Positions 50,250 through 63,309 of a stretch of 64,000 nt of DNA are shown piece after piece (positions within the stretch are counted from its first letter, which is position 1; each line of letters begins with the position of its first letter). The notes beneath the pieces were generated by a model. It worked only from the letters and a program-made list of their open reading frames with translations, was not told the origin of the DNA and did no database searches. A program made the position numbers and the translations under genes. Source of the stretch: Macrostomum hystrix (taxonomy: Eukaryota; Animalia; Platyhelminthes); the NCBI GenBank assembly GCA_950097015.1, contig CATNEN010000038.1:23374001-23438000 (forward strand). Direction: 5' to 3'.

Positions 50250-50558
50250 GCCGAGCCTCTGGTTGGCTACCGCAAAGTGCACTGCGGTATCTGTCCGTGC
50301 TCCGGCGCGGTGGCCTGCCCCCAGTCATCCAGCGCCGCTGTCTACACCGTCTGCTTCGACAACGCTTTCAGTTGGATGCACTCGAAGAAGCTGCGCTACT
50401 TTGTACACGTGACCGACAAGCCGATCGCTTCACCGCTCGATGCGGACAGCCGCAGAACCGACACCAGTCTTGGAGCTTGCGCTGATGCGGATACTCAGGC
50501 CTTCGAACGCAATTTGGAAGAGTTTGAGCAGTGCTCAGCTGAAGAGGGCGCAGTTTGA
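50250..50558 (+). CDS. SEC14-like protein, exon 4 (end of GOLD domain); total 452 aa
   Basis: Acceptor TTTCAACAG|. Encodes YTVCFDNAFSWMHSKKLRYFVHV, the GOLD signature FDNxxSxxxxK. All three introns are phase 0. Confidence 0.9.
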   Translation, partial: AEPLVGYRKVHCGICPCSGAVACPQSSSAAVYTVCFDNAFSWMHSKKLRYFVHVTDKPIASPLDADSRRTDTSLGACADADTQAFERNLEEFEQCSAEEGAV

Positions 50559-51404
50559 GGCGAGTAAACAGAGCAACTGTGGCCCGCTCTCTGAAATCAG
50601 TAGCATTAGTGATAGATATTCTATTCAATTTAGAGGAATTGTGTTTGATTCAAATTACAACATTGGCGCCTTTAACCAAACCCTTCACAGCAAGAATTAT
50701 ATTTTTAATTAATCACCGAATGTTTAATGCGTGCAACTAGCAAGTCCAGACAAAAGAATATGATTAATAGGCAAATCAAAGCTTTGTTTCTTACAAATTC
50801 CTAAAGTGTAGCTCTACCCTTTTCGATTTATACATGCTCACATGATTTGTGCCAAGCTGTGAAATAAAAAGCCGTTAAATTTACGTTCTTATTTAAAAAT
50901 ATTCAATTAAACGTTAATTTTTGTCTGTCAAAAGTAAACTATGCGCCTTTTTATATGCCTTTACTTTTCGAGGCTCTTGCGATAGAAAAAACGATGATAA
51001 ACCAGGTACAAAAAACGTTAAATATTTTTGTCCCCTGACTCGAAATTCGCAGGTTACTATCTAAGTTTCATTGATTCTGATTGGCAAAAAAGACGTTCGA
51101 GTATACGAAAAAAACAAGTTTCGCAGCAAAAAATGCTTCTGCTTGCAAGATTAGAGACACATTTGAAGTGTTCTTGGGTCATTGATGCATGCCTGTCTCG
51201 CATAGGTTCTGTTTGCCTTGAGCACAAGCTAATAAGCCACCGAGAAGGGATTAAGTCGAATAATTGCTGGATTTAAAAAATACGCTTCGTAAAGAACTCA
51301 AGTGTCTAGGCGACATTCTCACTTGAGTGTAAATGGAGACGGTTAGCTCTTCGGCTTCGAATGCGATCTACAGAATTGATTGAAAAAAACTGTTGGCGAT
51401 GATT

Positions 51405-53436
51405 TCAACCGTTTAGACTGTCGTTCAGTCGACTGACAGTGGCTTCAATCTGAAACACACACTGTTGCAAACTTTGCGATAACGTCATTAGCGAAGTGGC
51501 TGTAGACACGATAATACTCTCTGGAACCAGTTCACACGGTGTCTGCTCCTCGTGCATTTCCAGATAGGCTGCCCGTTGCTTCACAGGCTGACTGCACCAA
51601 TTATCCAAGGGCACAGGCTGCTGCTGCGAGTCCGCCTCATCCGCCTTTAGTTGGCTGCTTCGACTGACAAACGGCGAGCGCTGCAGTATTTTCTCCAGAG
51701 TCTCGACAGAAGCTCGCTGCCTTCCGGTCGGTCGTTGGACGTACACATTCGACTGCACCAATTTTACCGACTGATCCACGGAAGCTCTGCATTCTAAGGG
51801 CGAAGACAAGGCCTCCATCCGACGATGCGCCCGATCCAGCGTCATGAATAATCGCGTCAAGCCGGAACTCTTGGCTACTTCGTTGCTTTCACCGGTAAAA
51901 ACTGCAGCAGTGGCATCGTGACCGTTCGTCGCAGAGTTAATCTTCACGATCCTGGCCGCATTCTCGTCGACATTGTCCAACATTTCAAGGCTTGTAGCGC
52001 TGTGTTCGCTGCCACAGCTGCGTTGACTGATGCCACCATCCGCCACGTATATATTCTCTGATCGGCTGAGAGATAAGACTGGTCTCGGCTGGTCCGGTGG
52101 TAGCTCCACTTTACCGAAACTAGGCGGTTCCAAGCCATTTAAGCTGCTAGGCGAGTCGAACGACGCTTCGGCAGGCTGAAACGTTTCGCAGGTGCGCCCT
52201 TGAAGCTTAAATTCTACAGCGCTGTGCATCTGCAACTGTTGGACTGGCTCTTTATTGTGCGTAAGAGAATCTGACTGATTCCAATCGCCTCTGTTGTTCA
52301 CGTTATTGTTCAGCGCGCCTTCTAAGTCTTCTTCGTCGCTATAACTCGACTCTTCATCGTCAATATTTTTCTCCTCGTACTGATTGGCTGCCACAGCATC
52401 AGAAGCTCGCGTTTTGGAGCCGCCTGTTGTTACGGTTGAGTATGAGGAGGAGGGGTCATCTTCGAGCATATCCGGAGCAACGCTGCCGGTTCTAACAATT
52501 CCCTTCTCAGATTCACATAACGCAGAGTCTTTCTGGGCGGTTTTGAACTGAGCTGAAGCATCCGAAAAAAATTTGTTCTGCCTGGCTTCATCGTGGCACA
52601 CGTCATACGCTTCGCTTGCCGCTAATGGTAAATTTAGCGCTCTGACCGGTGGTCGAATTGTAACAGTCGGTTGACTCACAAATAGTACTGTGGGGCAACG
52701 CTTGTGTGCTGACAGACCCTCGGTAAAGTTGGATGCAGCTACTGAATAGCCCAAGATTATCGAAGCTGGCTGTTGCAGCTGTGCACTGCTGATTGGTCGG
52801 GCTCGCTCCACATCCATCTTGACATGGCCGGCTTTGCAAACCCTTAGTTTCCCTGTCACATAGGTTTTCTTAGTGCCAACTCTGACCACAGGACGCTGAT
52901 TCTTATAGTCAGGCTTGTCCTCATCTGACGCTTGAATGTCGTCGCTGGTTAGGTGGCTAATAATATCCACCTCTGGCATTGCGAGCTCTCGACGGGTCGC
53001 AGAACAGTTTTGGTGCTGCTGTTTTCTATCATCGCTCGTCATGTCTAGCTTGTCCGAGGCGAATGTTGATATGCTTTTTCCATGTAGACTTGCAACACCG
53101 GTTTCTTCAGCAGCGGATAACAAACCCTGGCAGCTGCTGTTAGCGACTTTGCTCAGGTAGTGCTGCAAACTCATGATTGTCGCGCTATAGTCATCGCCGT
53201 AAGTGGATCTCGACTCCGTTTTACGCTCTGTTACACGACATTCTTTGCCCTTTGTTCTCAGAGAAGAGCTGTTTTGCTGCAGCTGTGCGTGAGGCTGCTT
53301 ATCTTTAAGACTTTGAAGCACCTCCATGACGTTATTTAGAGCCCATCGCAAATCTCTTTGTACTTGCGGCAGCTGCTGTTGCTGCTGCTGTTGCTGTTGC
53401 TTCTGCTGTTGCTGCTGCTGTTGCTGTTGCTGCTGC

Positions 53437-53468
<32 letters not shown>

Positions 53469-53609
53469 TTGCTGTTGCTTCTGCTGTTTCTGCAAACATA
53501 TGGACTCTGTCGCATTACTAGCATCGCTCATGGCTGCTGAAACTTGTTGATAAACTAGTTCTGCGCTCTCAACTTTGCTAACCCTTTTTGACTTGTGCAA
53601 CCATGGCAT
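51405..53609 (-). CDS. Uncharacterised 734-aa low-complexity protein with an N-terminal polyQ tract
   Basis: 2.2-kb ORF that is non-repetitive apart from the polyQ tract, GC-richer than its flanks. Acceptor TTTCATAG| lies 28 nt before the ATG. No domain recognised. Confidence 0.72.
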
Positions 53610-54884
53610 TGCGTTGTTGTTTGGTATGATTAGAGAGCTATGAAATTTTATTGCTTGCCTTTTTCCGTCAAAAGGCCTTTGTCCATTAGGGAGTTTATTT
53701 TAACTAAAGTTTGAAGATTGCTCTATTAAAAGGCGTTAAGATTTTTATATGAATTCAATTAAAATTGGTGCCTATAATTAACATAGACAGTTTGTGTTTT
53801 TTGCAGATTGGTAGATTTCAAAGAAGGTGAAAGTAACCCATTCGATTATTTATAGAAAAACTTTGAAGCTGGCATATACGCTCGTAAATAAGTGTCTATG
53901 GCCTATAGAGGTGGGCTATTCTAGGAATTCCTACAATGCTTGTTAGCTATCGGTATAACGTGGTATACTATATCGCTATATGGACAATTAGCCATAAAAT
54001 TAATGTTCTGTTCTGTTCTGTTGAAAAAACAGACTTAATTTTCGATCAGCTCAGTAGAGCAGGCACAAAACAGCTGACTGCTACTAATGAAACTTCATAC
54101 GAGCATCTTGCAGGAGGGTGTCAGTCGTTTCAACCGATTCCTAAATCAGATCAGAACGACCTGACCTGCCTAATAAAGTTCCCACATACTGGCATATTTT
54201 GCAAATGATTATTTTCTACAGATTTTACTGTAGCTGAATTAAAATAAATGGCCCCTAAGACTTCTCTCTGGGGCCTTAGGTGCCTTAAATAACTAGATGA
54301 GAAATCAAGTTGCAGTAAAAATGAAATAAATTTGAAAAAACAACCTTTTTCAACGCCGGCTAAGTACTCGTAGCTTTTCTCAATCTTTATGAAACACGTA
54401 ATTTTGTGTCTCAATTTTAAATTGTTTATTAACTCAATGATTGGACACGGACACGCGCACTTTATGAACAGTCCTTGAAAGGTATGTTTTAGACTTCCGC
54501 CTTGTGTTTCATACAAGCCCCATTTAACTCTTAAGTGCTAGCTACGCTACTGTTCCACTTTTTAAACAATTCATTCTCTTCGGGGTATTATTACGCGTTT
54601 TTTCAAAGTAATCAGCATTTTTATTTACTTTTTGAAGGAACTTTGAAAAGCCAAAGTCCGCTGCTCATACTAGCAGGTCACCGATGATGCATAGTTGGCT
54701 AACGACCAGGTCCCCCAGTCCTTCTCAGGTGCTTAATCTGGTCGAGCCTGTCGGCGCCCTCGACCGCGTCGCAATGTCCGCCAAGGTCTAGAAAACCGCA
54801 GGATCGCTTGGACGTTTGGACTGGTCCACTTTGGGATGTTTCAGAGGAGGTTCGGGTTTGCGTTAGGGTTTGAATCTACGCCAA

Positions 54885-55012
54885 AGTCTGAGTTCGATTC
54901 CGCTGTGAAGCCGCATTCATTTGGGGCGAAGGTGCTTAAGAGAAGGCCTAATTGGATGCTTGAAGTGTACACTCGCCCCGACAATGAGAAAGTCAAGGCG
55001 GATGTACGCCTC
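54885..55012 (+). mobile_element. tRNA-derived SINE family A, diverged copy 4
   Basis: GAGTTCGATTCCGC..CATTCATTTGGGGCG..GAGAAGGC..GTGTACACTCGCCCCGACAATGAGAAAGTCAAGGCGGATGTACGC aligns with the other copies. Confidence 0.65.
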
Positions 55013-55479
55013 TTATGTCCACGGACTGTAAGATTCTTGTCAGACCAGTTCACAAAATTTTCAATTATGACCTCTAACAATCAAAATATGTTCGGGAAAA
55101 AGGAAATCTGTGAAATCTAGCGAAGCTAGCGAAATCCCTGTTGGGATTAGCGGGAGAGAAGTTACATGGGGCGACATTTTGCAGCGAAGTGAAATTTGAG
55201 ACAAAAACTTTCTGCTCAGAATTAAGCCCCGGGTGAAAATGACGTGACTTGTGGTGATGTTTGCTCACAATTTTATCCCAACGAATGCTTACAACAAAGA
55301 ACATCCGACAAAGTCTTCTCCCACTTACCCGATGTCCTTATCTATGACGTCATTTGAGTTCGAGACGGCGGGGTCTTCCTCCAGTGAACGACTAATGACC
55401 AAGCAGCTACAAAATGATAGATTGGCGCCACAGTTATGTAACTGCCTATACCAGTATACTTCTTCAACTTGTGTAACCG

Positions 55480-55635
55480 TGCAGGCTAGACTAGCAATCC
55501 ATTCTATTCCCTCGTCCGTGTAGGCTAGACAAGCAATCCATTCTACTCCTTTGCCCGTGAGGACTAGACTAGCAATCCATTCTACTCCATTGCCCGTGTG
55601 GACTAGACTAGCAATCCATTCTATTTCTTCGTCCC
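55480..55635. repeat. 39-bp tandem repeat x4 (CTAGACTAGCAATCCATTCTA...)
   Basis: Read directly. Confidence 0.9.
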
Positions 55636-55991
55636 TTAAAACAAAAGTTGCAAAAATCCTAAACTTCGTTTTATTATTAAAAACTGTTTCACCAATCCAG
55701 TGTCAAATCTAAGTTGCTAAGCAGCAAACTATGAGTACTTACTTTGACATAGCCAGAAAAGCGGCAAACATGATTAGTCCAGCGAGACAATACAGCTTCA
55801 TAGTTGGAAATTTTCTCTTATTGATACTGCTAATCAGTTTAGTATTTTTCTCATTCAAATCCAGACAAAATCGCGGGCAGAAGATTGGTAACGAGAGAAA
55901 TCTGAATAAAAACCCTTAGTGTAGACTGTAGCCTAGCATAGTGAACAGCTTTAATTCGCTCACCCCCCAGCCTATCAAATGCTACCTAATA

Positions 55992-56776
55992 CAAAATCCT
56001 CCGAATCCCCAAACCTCAGAATCCCCAATCCTCAGAATCGTAAATCATTAAAATCCTCAATCCTCAGAACCCCCAATCCTCAGAATCCCCAATCCTCAGA
56101 TTTCCCAATCCTCAGAATTCCCAATCCTCAGAATCCCCAATCCTCATAATCCCCAATCCCCAAAATCCCCAATCCTCAGAATTCCCAATCCTCAGAATCT
56201 CCAATCCTCAGATTCCCCAATCCTCCGAATCCCTAATCGTCAGAATTCCCAATCCTCAGAATCCCCAATCCTCAGAATCTCCAATCCCCAAAATCCCCAA
56301 TCCTCAGAATTCCCAATCCTCAGAATCTCCAATCCTCAGATTCCCCAATCCTCCGAATCCCTAATCGTCAGAATTCCCAATCCTCAGAATCCCCAATCCT
56401 CAGAATTCCCAATCCTCAGAATCCCCAATCCTCAGAATTCCCAATCCTCAGAATCCCCAATCCTCAGAATTCCCAATCCCCCGAATCCCAAATCCTCAGA
56501 ATTCCCAATCCTCAGAATCCCCAATCCTCAGAATTACCAATCCTCAGAATCCCCAATCTTCAGAATCACAAATATTTTAAATCCAAAATATTTTGAATCC
56601 CATTTTTCAACCTAAATCCTCTGTGTTTCAAATCCTTAAAATTCCAAATGCTCAGAATCCCAAGTGCTCAGAATCCCAAATGCTCAGAATCCCATTTGCT
56701 CAGAATCCCAAGTGCTTAGAACCCAAAATGCTCAAAATCCTAAATGCTCAGAATCCCAAATCCTCAGAATCCCCAA
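55992..56776. repeat. Minisatellite, 16-bp unit AATCCTCAGAAT(C/T)CCC, with a degenerate tail
   Basis: Read directly. Confidence 0.94.
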
Positions 56777-56959
56777 GATTGTTACCAAGAATCGTACCAG
56801 GATTTCTTCCTGCAATGTTTCTATGATTCTAGTGTTTTTTCTTGGCACTGCAACTACTACTTTTATAAAGTAGTATTTCATAAGGTACTGTTTCATTGTA
56901 CTACATAAAATATTACATAAATTTCTGGACTTTTCCTGCCTACCCAATAGAAAATTAAG

Positions 56960-57268
56960 GGAGAGATGAGAACCCGGAGAGATTGGATGAGATGCAGGAG
57001 AGAGATGAGACACAGGACAGATGAGACAGGAGAGAGATGAGACACGGGAGAGATGAGACACGGGAGAGATGAGACACGGGAGAGATGAGACACGGGAGAG
57101 ATGAAATATGGGAGGAGAGATGAGACAGGGGAGAGATGAGACACAGGAGAGATGAGACAGGGGAGAGATGAGACATGAGAGAGATGAGACATGGGAGAGA
57201 TGAGACACGGGAGAGATGAGACACGGGATAGAGATGAGACACGGGTTAGAGATGGGACGGTAGAGATG
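56960..57268. repeat. 16-bp satellite GAGAGATGAGACAC(G/A)G (same family as the 12.7-17.1 kb and 22.5 kb arrays)
   Basis: Read directly. Confidence 0.93.
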
Positions 57269-59096
57269 TTCGAAACTTGTAAAAGCTTTCTAATATGAGT
57301 ACTACAGGAAATGAGAGTTTTATTTGTGATACGTTTATCAATTTTGTCTTTCTGATTTCTGCCCTGATTGTTTGTCCTTAAATTTTGTGTTAAATTAGAA
57401 AATTTGGTATAAATCGTAGAAATCGGTCTTTATGTTTGAACGAGACAACTAACTTTAACAATCCATCTGTTGGGATTGGCAAACAGGTTCAGACTGATGA
57501 GGAGAGTCACAGGTAGGCGCTAGTGAGAGTTGAGCCGTTTTTTCCCGACTCTTCCTTAATGATGAGTGTAGTTGAGTTGCTTGAGCTGAAATTCAGCAAA
57601 CAGAATGTACGCAGGGGGGTAAACTCCCCCTAGATAGGATATCATTCTCATGATACTCCGGAATTCAGAGTGTACATCTTCAGTCAACAGTGTTGCAATT
57701 TACATTCATTTTTAGCCTAAAGGGGGACGAGAATTATTTCATGTGTACATTGGTTTGTTCCCCCGCTATGCGCCAGACTGTCTGTCTAAGTCAGCCCGGC
57801 CTTTTTTATCCAGAGCGCCGGCCCCAACCCCCCGCCAAATGTCCAGTCCCAATGTACATGGTTGGAAGGGCCGCCTTCCTGTCTACCCCCTTGCCAGGGT
57901 CAGGGAGTGAAAAGAAATAAACCCGTGTTTTAAGGCCTCTCACATTTTGGATTTTGACAGGACCAGAACAGAACTAGGCCCTATTCGAGCCAGCTTACTC
58001 ACTTTAATAGCCCAAACTAACACGCAAGCGAGACTAATACACATAATTACCTGCATTTTCGGCGTTCAGGCAGGCCAATAATAAGGCTCAAACCGAAGCC
58101 CTAGCTTGGTAAGTTTCTATTGAATTGTGAAGTTTTATTCGTTGTGTATGAACCTTGGCCTAGCTGCTTTATTATTGGTTAAGCAAACTTGGCTGTCTGT
58201 CATCGATTCATCGTATAAACTCAACGTTTAGGTTTAGAGTTCAATATTCAATATGTTCAACAGTAGAAAGACCAGAGGGTACTTAAAATAACTGTCGGAT
58301 ATCATTGTTAATTGTATTGCAATATTAGTTATCCTTGTCCACCAGGGCATTCGGCAAGAATCGTTGACTATCTCGACGACGCTAACGTCGGACGGCTTTG
58401 AAAGTTAGTTCTAGCTGTGCTTCAGAAAACGGTTGAACAAAAAGCATTTTTTTGTGAGATTAACGCAATATCGATAATCGATAAATCGTTACTTTTTACC
58501 ATCGCAAACAATTGTAAGTAGGCCTAAGACTCCATCATTTAGTGGGGGCATTACTCACTAGCTACATGTGTTCTTAAATCACGTGCTGCAGTATGTAGGG
58601 CCTACTGTAAGTGCAAACACTTCCAGCAAAGGCTAATTAAACAAAAAATGCAAACTTGCGTCATTGCAATTTTATTTTAATCAGCTGTTGCTTGTTTAGT
58701 TGTTGAAAAGCTAGTCAAGCCGTGCAAAGCTTCATTTTGCAGATAATCGTCTTTCTGTCCGCGCAGTTACACTGCTATAGTACAACTGAAGCCCTAGTTA
58801 TTAGACAGGCACACACACACTGCCTGCCTGTCACATTTCCTAAAATCTATTTTTTCTAAGGACACAATCCGACCCTAGCTAATGACATTCTGCTATCTGA
58901 TCTGACTGCAAGTATTCTTACAAGTTCACTTTTCGTGACACAAGTGTGTACATTGTATTTTACTCGTACAATATCCAGATTCTGTGACACATTTAGGTTC
59001 GCATAAACTTTTTTGTTGTTCAATTTTCATCAAACTTGGTTTAGGCAGAATTCTAAGTTTGAATGCTTCAATTGTGTTCACAAAATTATCCAGAAG

Positions 59097-61279
59097 ATCC
59101 GAACATCAAGCTAGATTCTATCCGAACATCAAGCTAGATTCTATCCTAACATCAAGCTAGATTCTATCCGAACATCAAGCTAGATTCTATCCGAACATCA
59201 AGCTAGATTCTATCCGAACATCAAGCTAGATTCTATCCGAACATCAAGCTAGATTCTATCCGAACATCAAGCTAGATTCTATCCGAACATCAAGCTAGAT
59301 TCTATCCGAACATCAAGCTAGATTCTATCCGAACATCAAGCTAGATTCTATCCGAACATCAAGCTAGATTCTATCCGAACATCAAGCTAGATTCTATCCG
59401 AACATCAAGCTAGATTCTATCCGAACATCAAGCTAGATTCTATCCGAACATCAAGCTAGATTCTATCCGAACATCAAGCTAGATTCTATCCGAACATCAA
59501 GCTAGATTCTATCCGAACATCAAGCTAGATTCTATCCGAACATCAAGCTAGATTCTATCCGAACATCAAGCTAGATTCTATCCGAACATCAAGCTAGATT
59601 CTATCCGAACATCAAGCTAGATTCTATCCGAACATCAAGCTAGATTCCGTCCGAACATCAAGCTAGATTCTATCCGAACATCAAGCTAGATTCTATCCGA
59701 ACATCAAGCTAGATTCTATCCGAACATCAAGCTAGATTCTATCCGAACATCAAGCTAGATTCTATCCGAACATCAAGCTAGATTCTATCCGAACATCAAG
59801 CTAGATTCTATCCGAACATCAAGCTAGATTCTATCCGAACATCAAGCTAGATTCTATCCGAACATCAAGCTAGATTCTATCCGAACATCAAGCTAGATTC
59901 TATCCGAACATCAAGCTAGATTCTATCCGAACATCAAGCTAGATTCTATCCGAACATCAAGCTAGATTCCGTCCGAACATCAAGCTAGATTCTATCCGAA
60001 CATCAAGCTAGATTCTATCCGAACATCAAGCTAGATTCTATCCGAACATCAAGCTAGATTCTATCCGAACATCAAGCTAGATTCTATCCGAACATCAAGC
60101 TAGATTCTATCCGAACATCAAGCTAGATTCTATCCGAACATCAAGCTAGATTCTATCCGAACATCAAGCTAGATTCTATCCGAACATCAAGCTAGATTCT
60201 ATCCGAACATCAAGCTAGATTCTATCCGAACATCAAGCTAGATTCTATCCGAACATCAAGCTAGATTCTATCCGAACATCAAGCTAGATTCTATCCGAAC
60301 ATCAAGCTAGATTCTATCCGAACATCAAGCTAGATTCTATCCGAACATCAAGCTAGATTCTATCCGAACATCAAGCTAGATTCTATCCGAACATCAAGCT
60401 AGATTCTATCCGAACATCAAGCTAGATTCCGTCCGAACATCAAGCTAGATTCTATCCGAACATCAAGCTAGATTCTATCCGAACATCAAGCTAGATTCTA
60501 TCCGAACATCAAGCTAGATTCTATTCGAACATCAAGCTAGATTCTATCCGAACATCAAGCTAGATTCTATCCGAACATCAAGCTAGATTCTATCCGAACA
60601 TCAAGCTAGATTCTAACCGAACATCAAGCTAGATTCTATCCGAACATCAAGCTAGATTCTATTCGAACATCAAGCTAGATTCTATCCGAACATCAAGCTA
60701 GATTCTATCCGAACATCAAGCTAGATTCTATCCGAACATCAAGCTAGATTCTATCCGAACATCAAGCTAGATTCTATCCGAACATCAAGCTAGATTCTAT
60801 CCGAACATCAAGCTAGATTCCGTCCGAACATCAAGCTAGATTCTATCCGAACATCAAGCTAGATTCTATCCGAACATCAAGCTAGATTCTATCCGAACAT
60901 CAAGCTAGATTCTATTCGAACATCAAGCTAGATTCTATTCGAACATCAAGCTAGATTCTATCCGAACATCAAGCTAGATTCTATCCGAACATCAAGCTAG
61001 ATTCTAACCGAACATCAAGCTAGATTCTATCCGAACATCAAGCTAGATTCTATTCGAACATCAAGCTAGATTCTATCCGAACATCAAGCTAGATTCTATC
61101 CGAACATCAAGCTAGATTCTATCCGAACATCAAGCTAGATTCTATCCGAACATCAAGCTAGATTCTATCCGAACATCAAGCTAGATTCCGTCCGAACATC
61201 AAGCTAGATTCCGTCCAAACATCAAGCTAGATTCTATCCGAACATCAAGCTAGATTCCGTCCGAACATCAAGCTAGATC
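59097..61279. repeat. Highly homogeneous 23-bp satellite ATCCGAACATCAAGCTAGATTCT
   Basis: About 95 nearly identical copies ending about 28 nt before the acceptor at 61307. Confidence 0.98.
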
Positions 61280-61380
61280 CCTTATTTAAACACCTTGTTA
61301 ATTTCAGGGCTCGAGTTCTAAATTCCTACCTTGAAGCGAACACTGTACAGAGCAGCCTTACGGAGGTCTGATCTCTGAAT

Positions 61381-62133
61381 ATGGCTGCAAAGACCTTGAA
61401 AACAAAAAGCATGCATTTCCGACTTGACCAATATCTGCCGGCAGTTCTATTGCTGACCATTGCCCTGTCAGCAACACACACTGCCTACGCTGCTTCAACC
61501 AATCATCCAGCTGCTTGCACAGTTGCTAGCTCAAACAGTCAGCTGCTAACTTGCCGAGGCCTGAGCCGCTCCGATTGGCTAAAACTATCTAGCCAATCGG
61601 ATCCGATCTGGACTGGCCTACTTGTGCGAGACTCGCCTTTGCTGCACGACTCCAACGGAGTCTTTAGTCTATGGTCGGATTTGTCTATGGGCTGGAGGCG
61701 AAGGCTGGAATCGTTGGCTATTTTAAACAGTGGCCTGCAAGTTTTGACATCTACGGAGAGTCAATGGGTTGAATTTCCGTTATTGTTGGCAATTGATTTG
61801 TCTGGAAATCGATTCGTGTCAATCCATAACGCCGGATTTAACAACCTGTCGGCGCCTCTTCTGCGCAGCCTGCAGTTGGCCGACAATCTATGGACGGAGC
61901 TGTCTGCGAACGATGGCGAATTGATCGGATCTCGATTCTACCGATTGAGACTGATTGATTTTTCCCAATCGTCTGTCCTGACTAAAGTGACATTCAGCTT
62001 CGGAGAGGCCCTACTGCCCAGACTGAAGGAACTGAGGGATCTGAGATTCAACAACTGCTCAAGACTGGCTGTCTGGGAGTGGGCGCCGGAATTGCGCGCT
62101 CTGCTCAGAACTGGCGGCACCATCAGTGTGAAG
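61381..62133 (+). CDS. LRR / LRRCT / Ig-domain secreted or membrane protein, coding exon 1
   Basis: Hydrophobic signal-like segment YLPAVLLLTIALSATHTAYA, LRRNT-like C..LTC, and LRRs (LLAIDLSGNRF, LRSLQLADNLW, LRDLRFNNCSRL). Donor AAG|GTGAGG, phase 0. Confidence 0.82.
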
Positions 62134-62177
62134 GTGAGGAGATGAGCAGTCTTGGGGTGATCCGGTGAAATATAGAG

Positions 62178-63223
62178 AAAGGAAGGTTGGAGGAAAGGAG
62201 AAGAAATGTTGGAGGAAAGGGGAAGAAAGGTTAGAGGAAAGGGGAAGATATGTTAGACGAAAGGGTAAGAAAGGTTTGAGGAAAGGGTAAGAAAGGTTAG
62301 AGGAAAGGGGAAAAAAGGTTAGAGGAAAGGAGAAGAAAGGTTAGGGGAAGAAAGGTTGGAAGAAAGGGGAAGAAAGGTTCGAGGAAAGGGGAAGATATGT
62401 TAGACGAAAGGGTAAGAAAGGTTTGAGGAAAGGGTAAGAAAGGTTAGAGGAAAGGGGAAGAAAGGTTAGAGGAAAGGGGAAGAAAGGTTAGGGGAAGAAA
62501 GGTTGGAAGAAAGAGGAAGAAAGGTTAGAGGAAAGGGGAAGATATGTTAGACGAAAGGTAAGAAAGGTTTGAGGAAAGGGTAAGAAAGGTTAGAGGAAAG
62601 GGGAAGAAAGGTTAGAGGAAAGGGGAAGAAAGGTTGGAAGAAAGGGGAAGAAAGGTTAGAGGAAAGGGGAAGATATGTTAGACGAAAGGGTAAGAAAGGT
62701 TTGAGGAAAGGGTAAGAAAGGTTAGAGGAAAGGGGAAGAAAGGTTAGAGGAAAGGGGAAGAAAGGTTAGGCGAAGAAAGGTTGGAGGAAAGGGGAAGAAA
62801 GGTTGGAGGAAAGGAGAAGAAAGGTTGGAGGAAAGGAGAAGAAAGGTTGGAGGAAAGGAGAAGAAAGGTTGGAGGAAAGGAGAAGAAATGTTGGAGGAAA
62901 GGGGAAGAAAGGTTCGAGGAAAGGGGAAGATATGTTAGACGAAAGGGTAAGAAAGGTTTGAGGAAAGGGTAAGAAAGGTTAGAGGAAAGGGGAAGAAAGG
63001 TTAGAGGAAAGGGGAAGAAAGGTTAGGCGAAGAAAGGTTGGAGGAAAGGGGAAGAAAGGTTGGAGGAAAGGGGAAGAAAGGTTGGAGGAAAGGAGAAGAA
63101 AGGTTGGAGGAAAGGAGAAGAAAGGTTGGAGGAAAGGAGAAGAAAGGTTGAAGGAAAGGAGAAGAAAGGTTGGAGGAAAGGAGAAGAAAGGTTGGGGGAA
63201 AGGGGAAGAAATGTTGGAGGAAA
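62178..63223. repeat. Purine-rich ~21-bp minisatellite AGAAAGGTT(A/G)GAGGAAAGGGGA
   Basis: Read directly; fills the intron of the LRR gene. Confidence 0.96.
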
Positions 63224-63309
63224 GCTACGTGAAAAAAGTAGTAAAATTTCGAATGATGACGTATAGTCAAATTAGTGGTTGAGTACAAAAGATGTCTTAC
63301 AATTGGCAG

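Noticed and set aside
54660-54840. GC-rich patch that might be an exon or retroelement fragment
   Set aside because: No ORF with recognisable motifs and no consistent splice pair.
57490-57545. CTGATGAG hammerhead-like core
   Set aside because: No stem II followed by GAAA and no closing helices found.
1853-61279. CRISPR arrays among the 23-39 bp repeats
   Set aside because: Units are head-to-tail with no unique spacers, there are no cas genes, and the context is eukaryotic.
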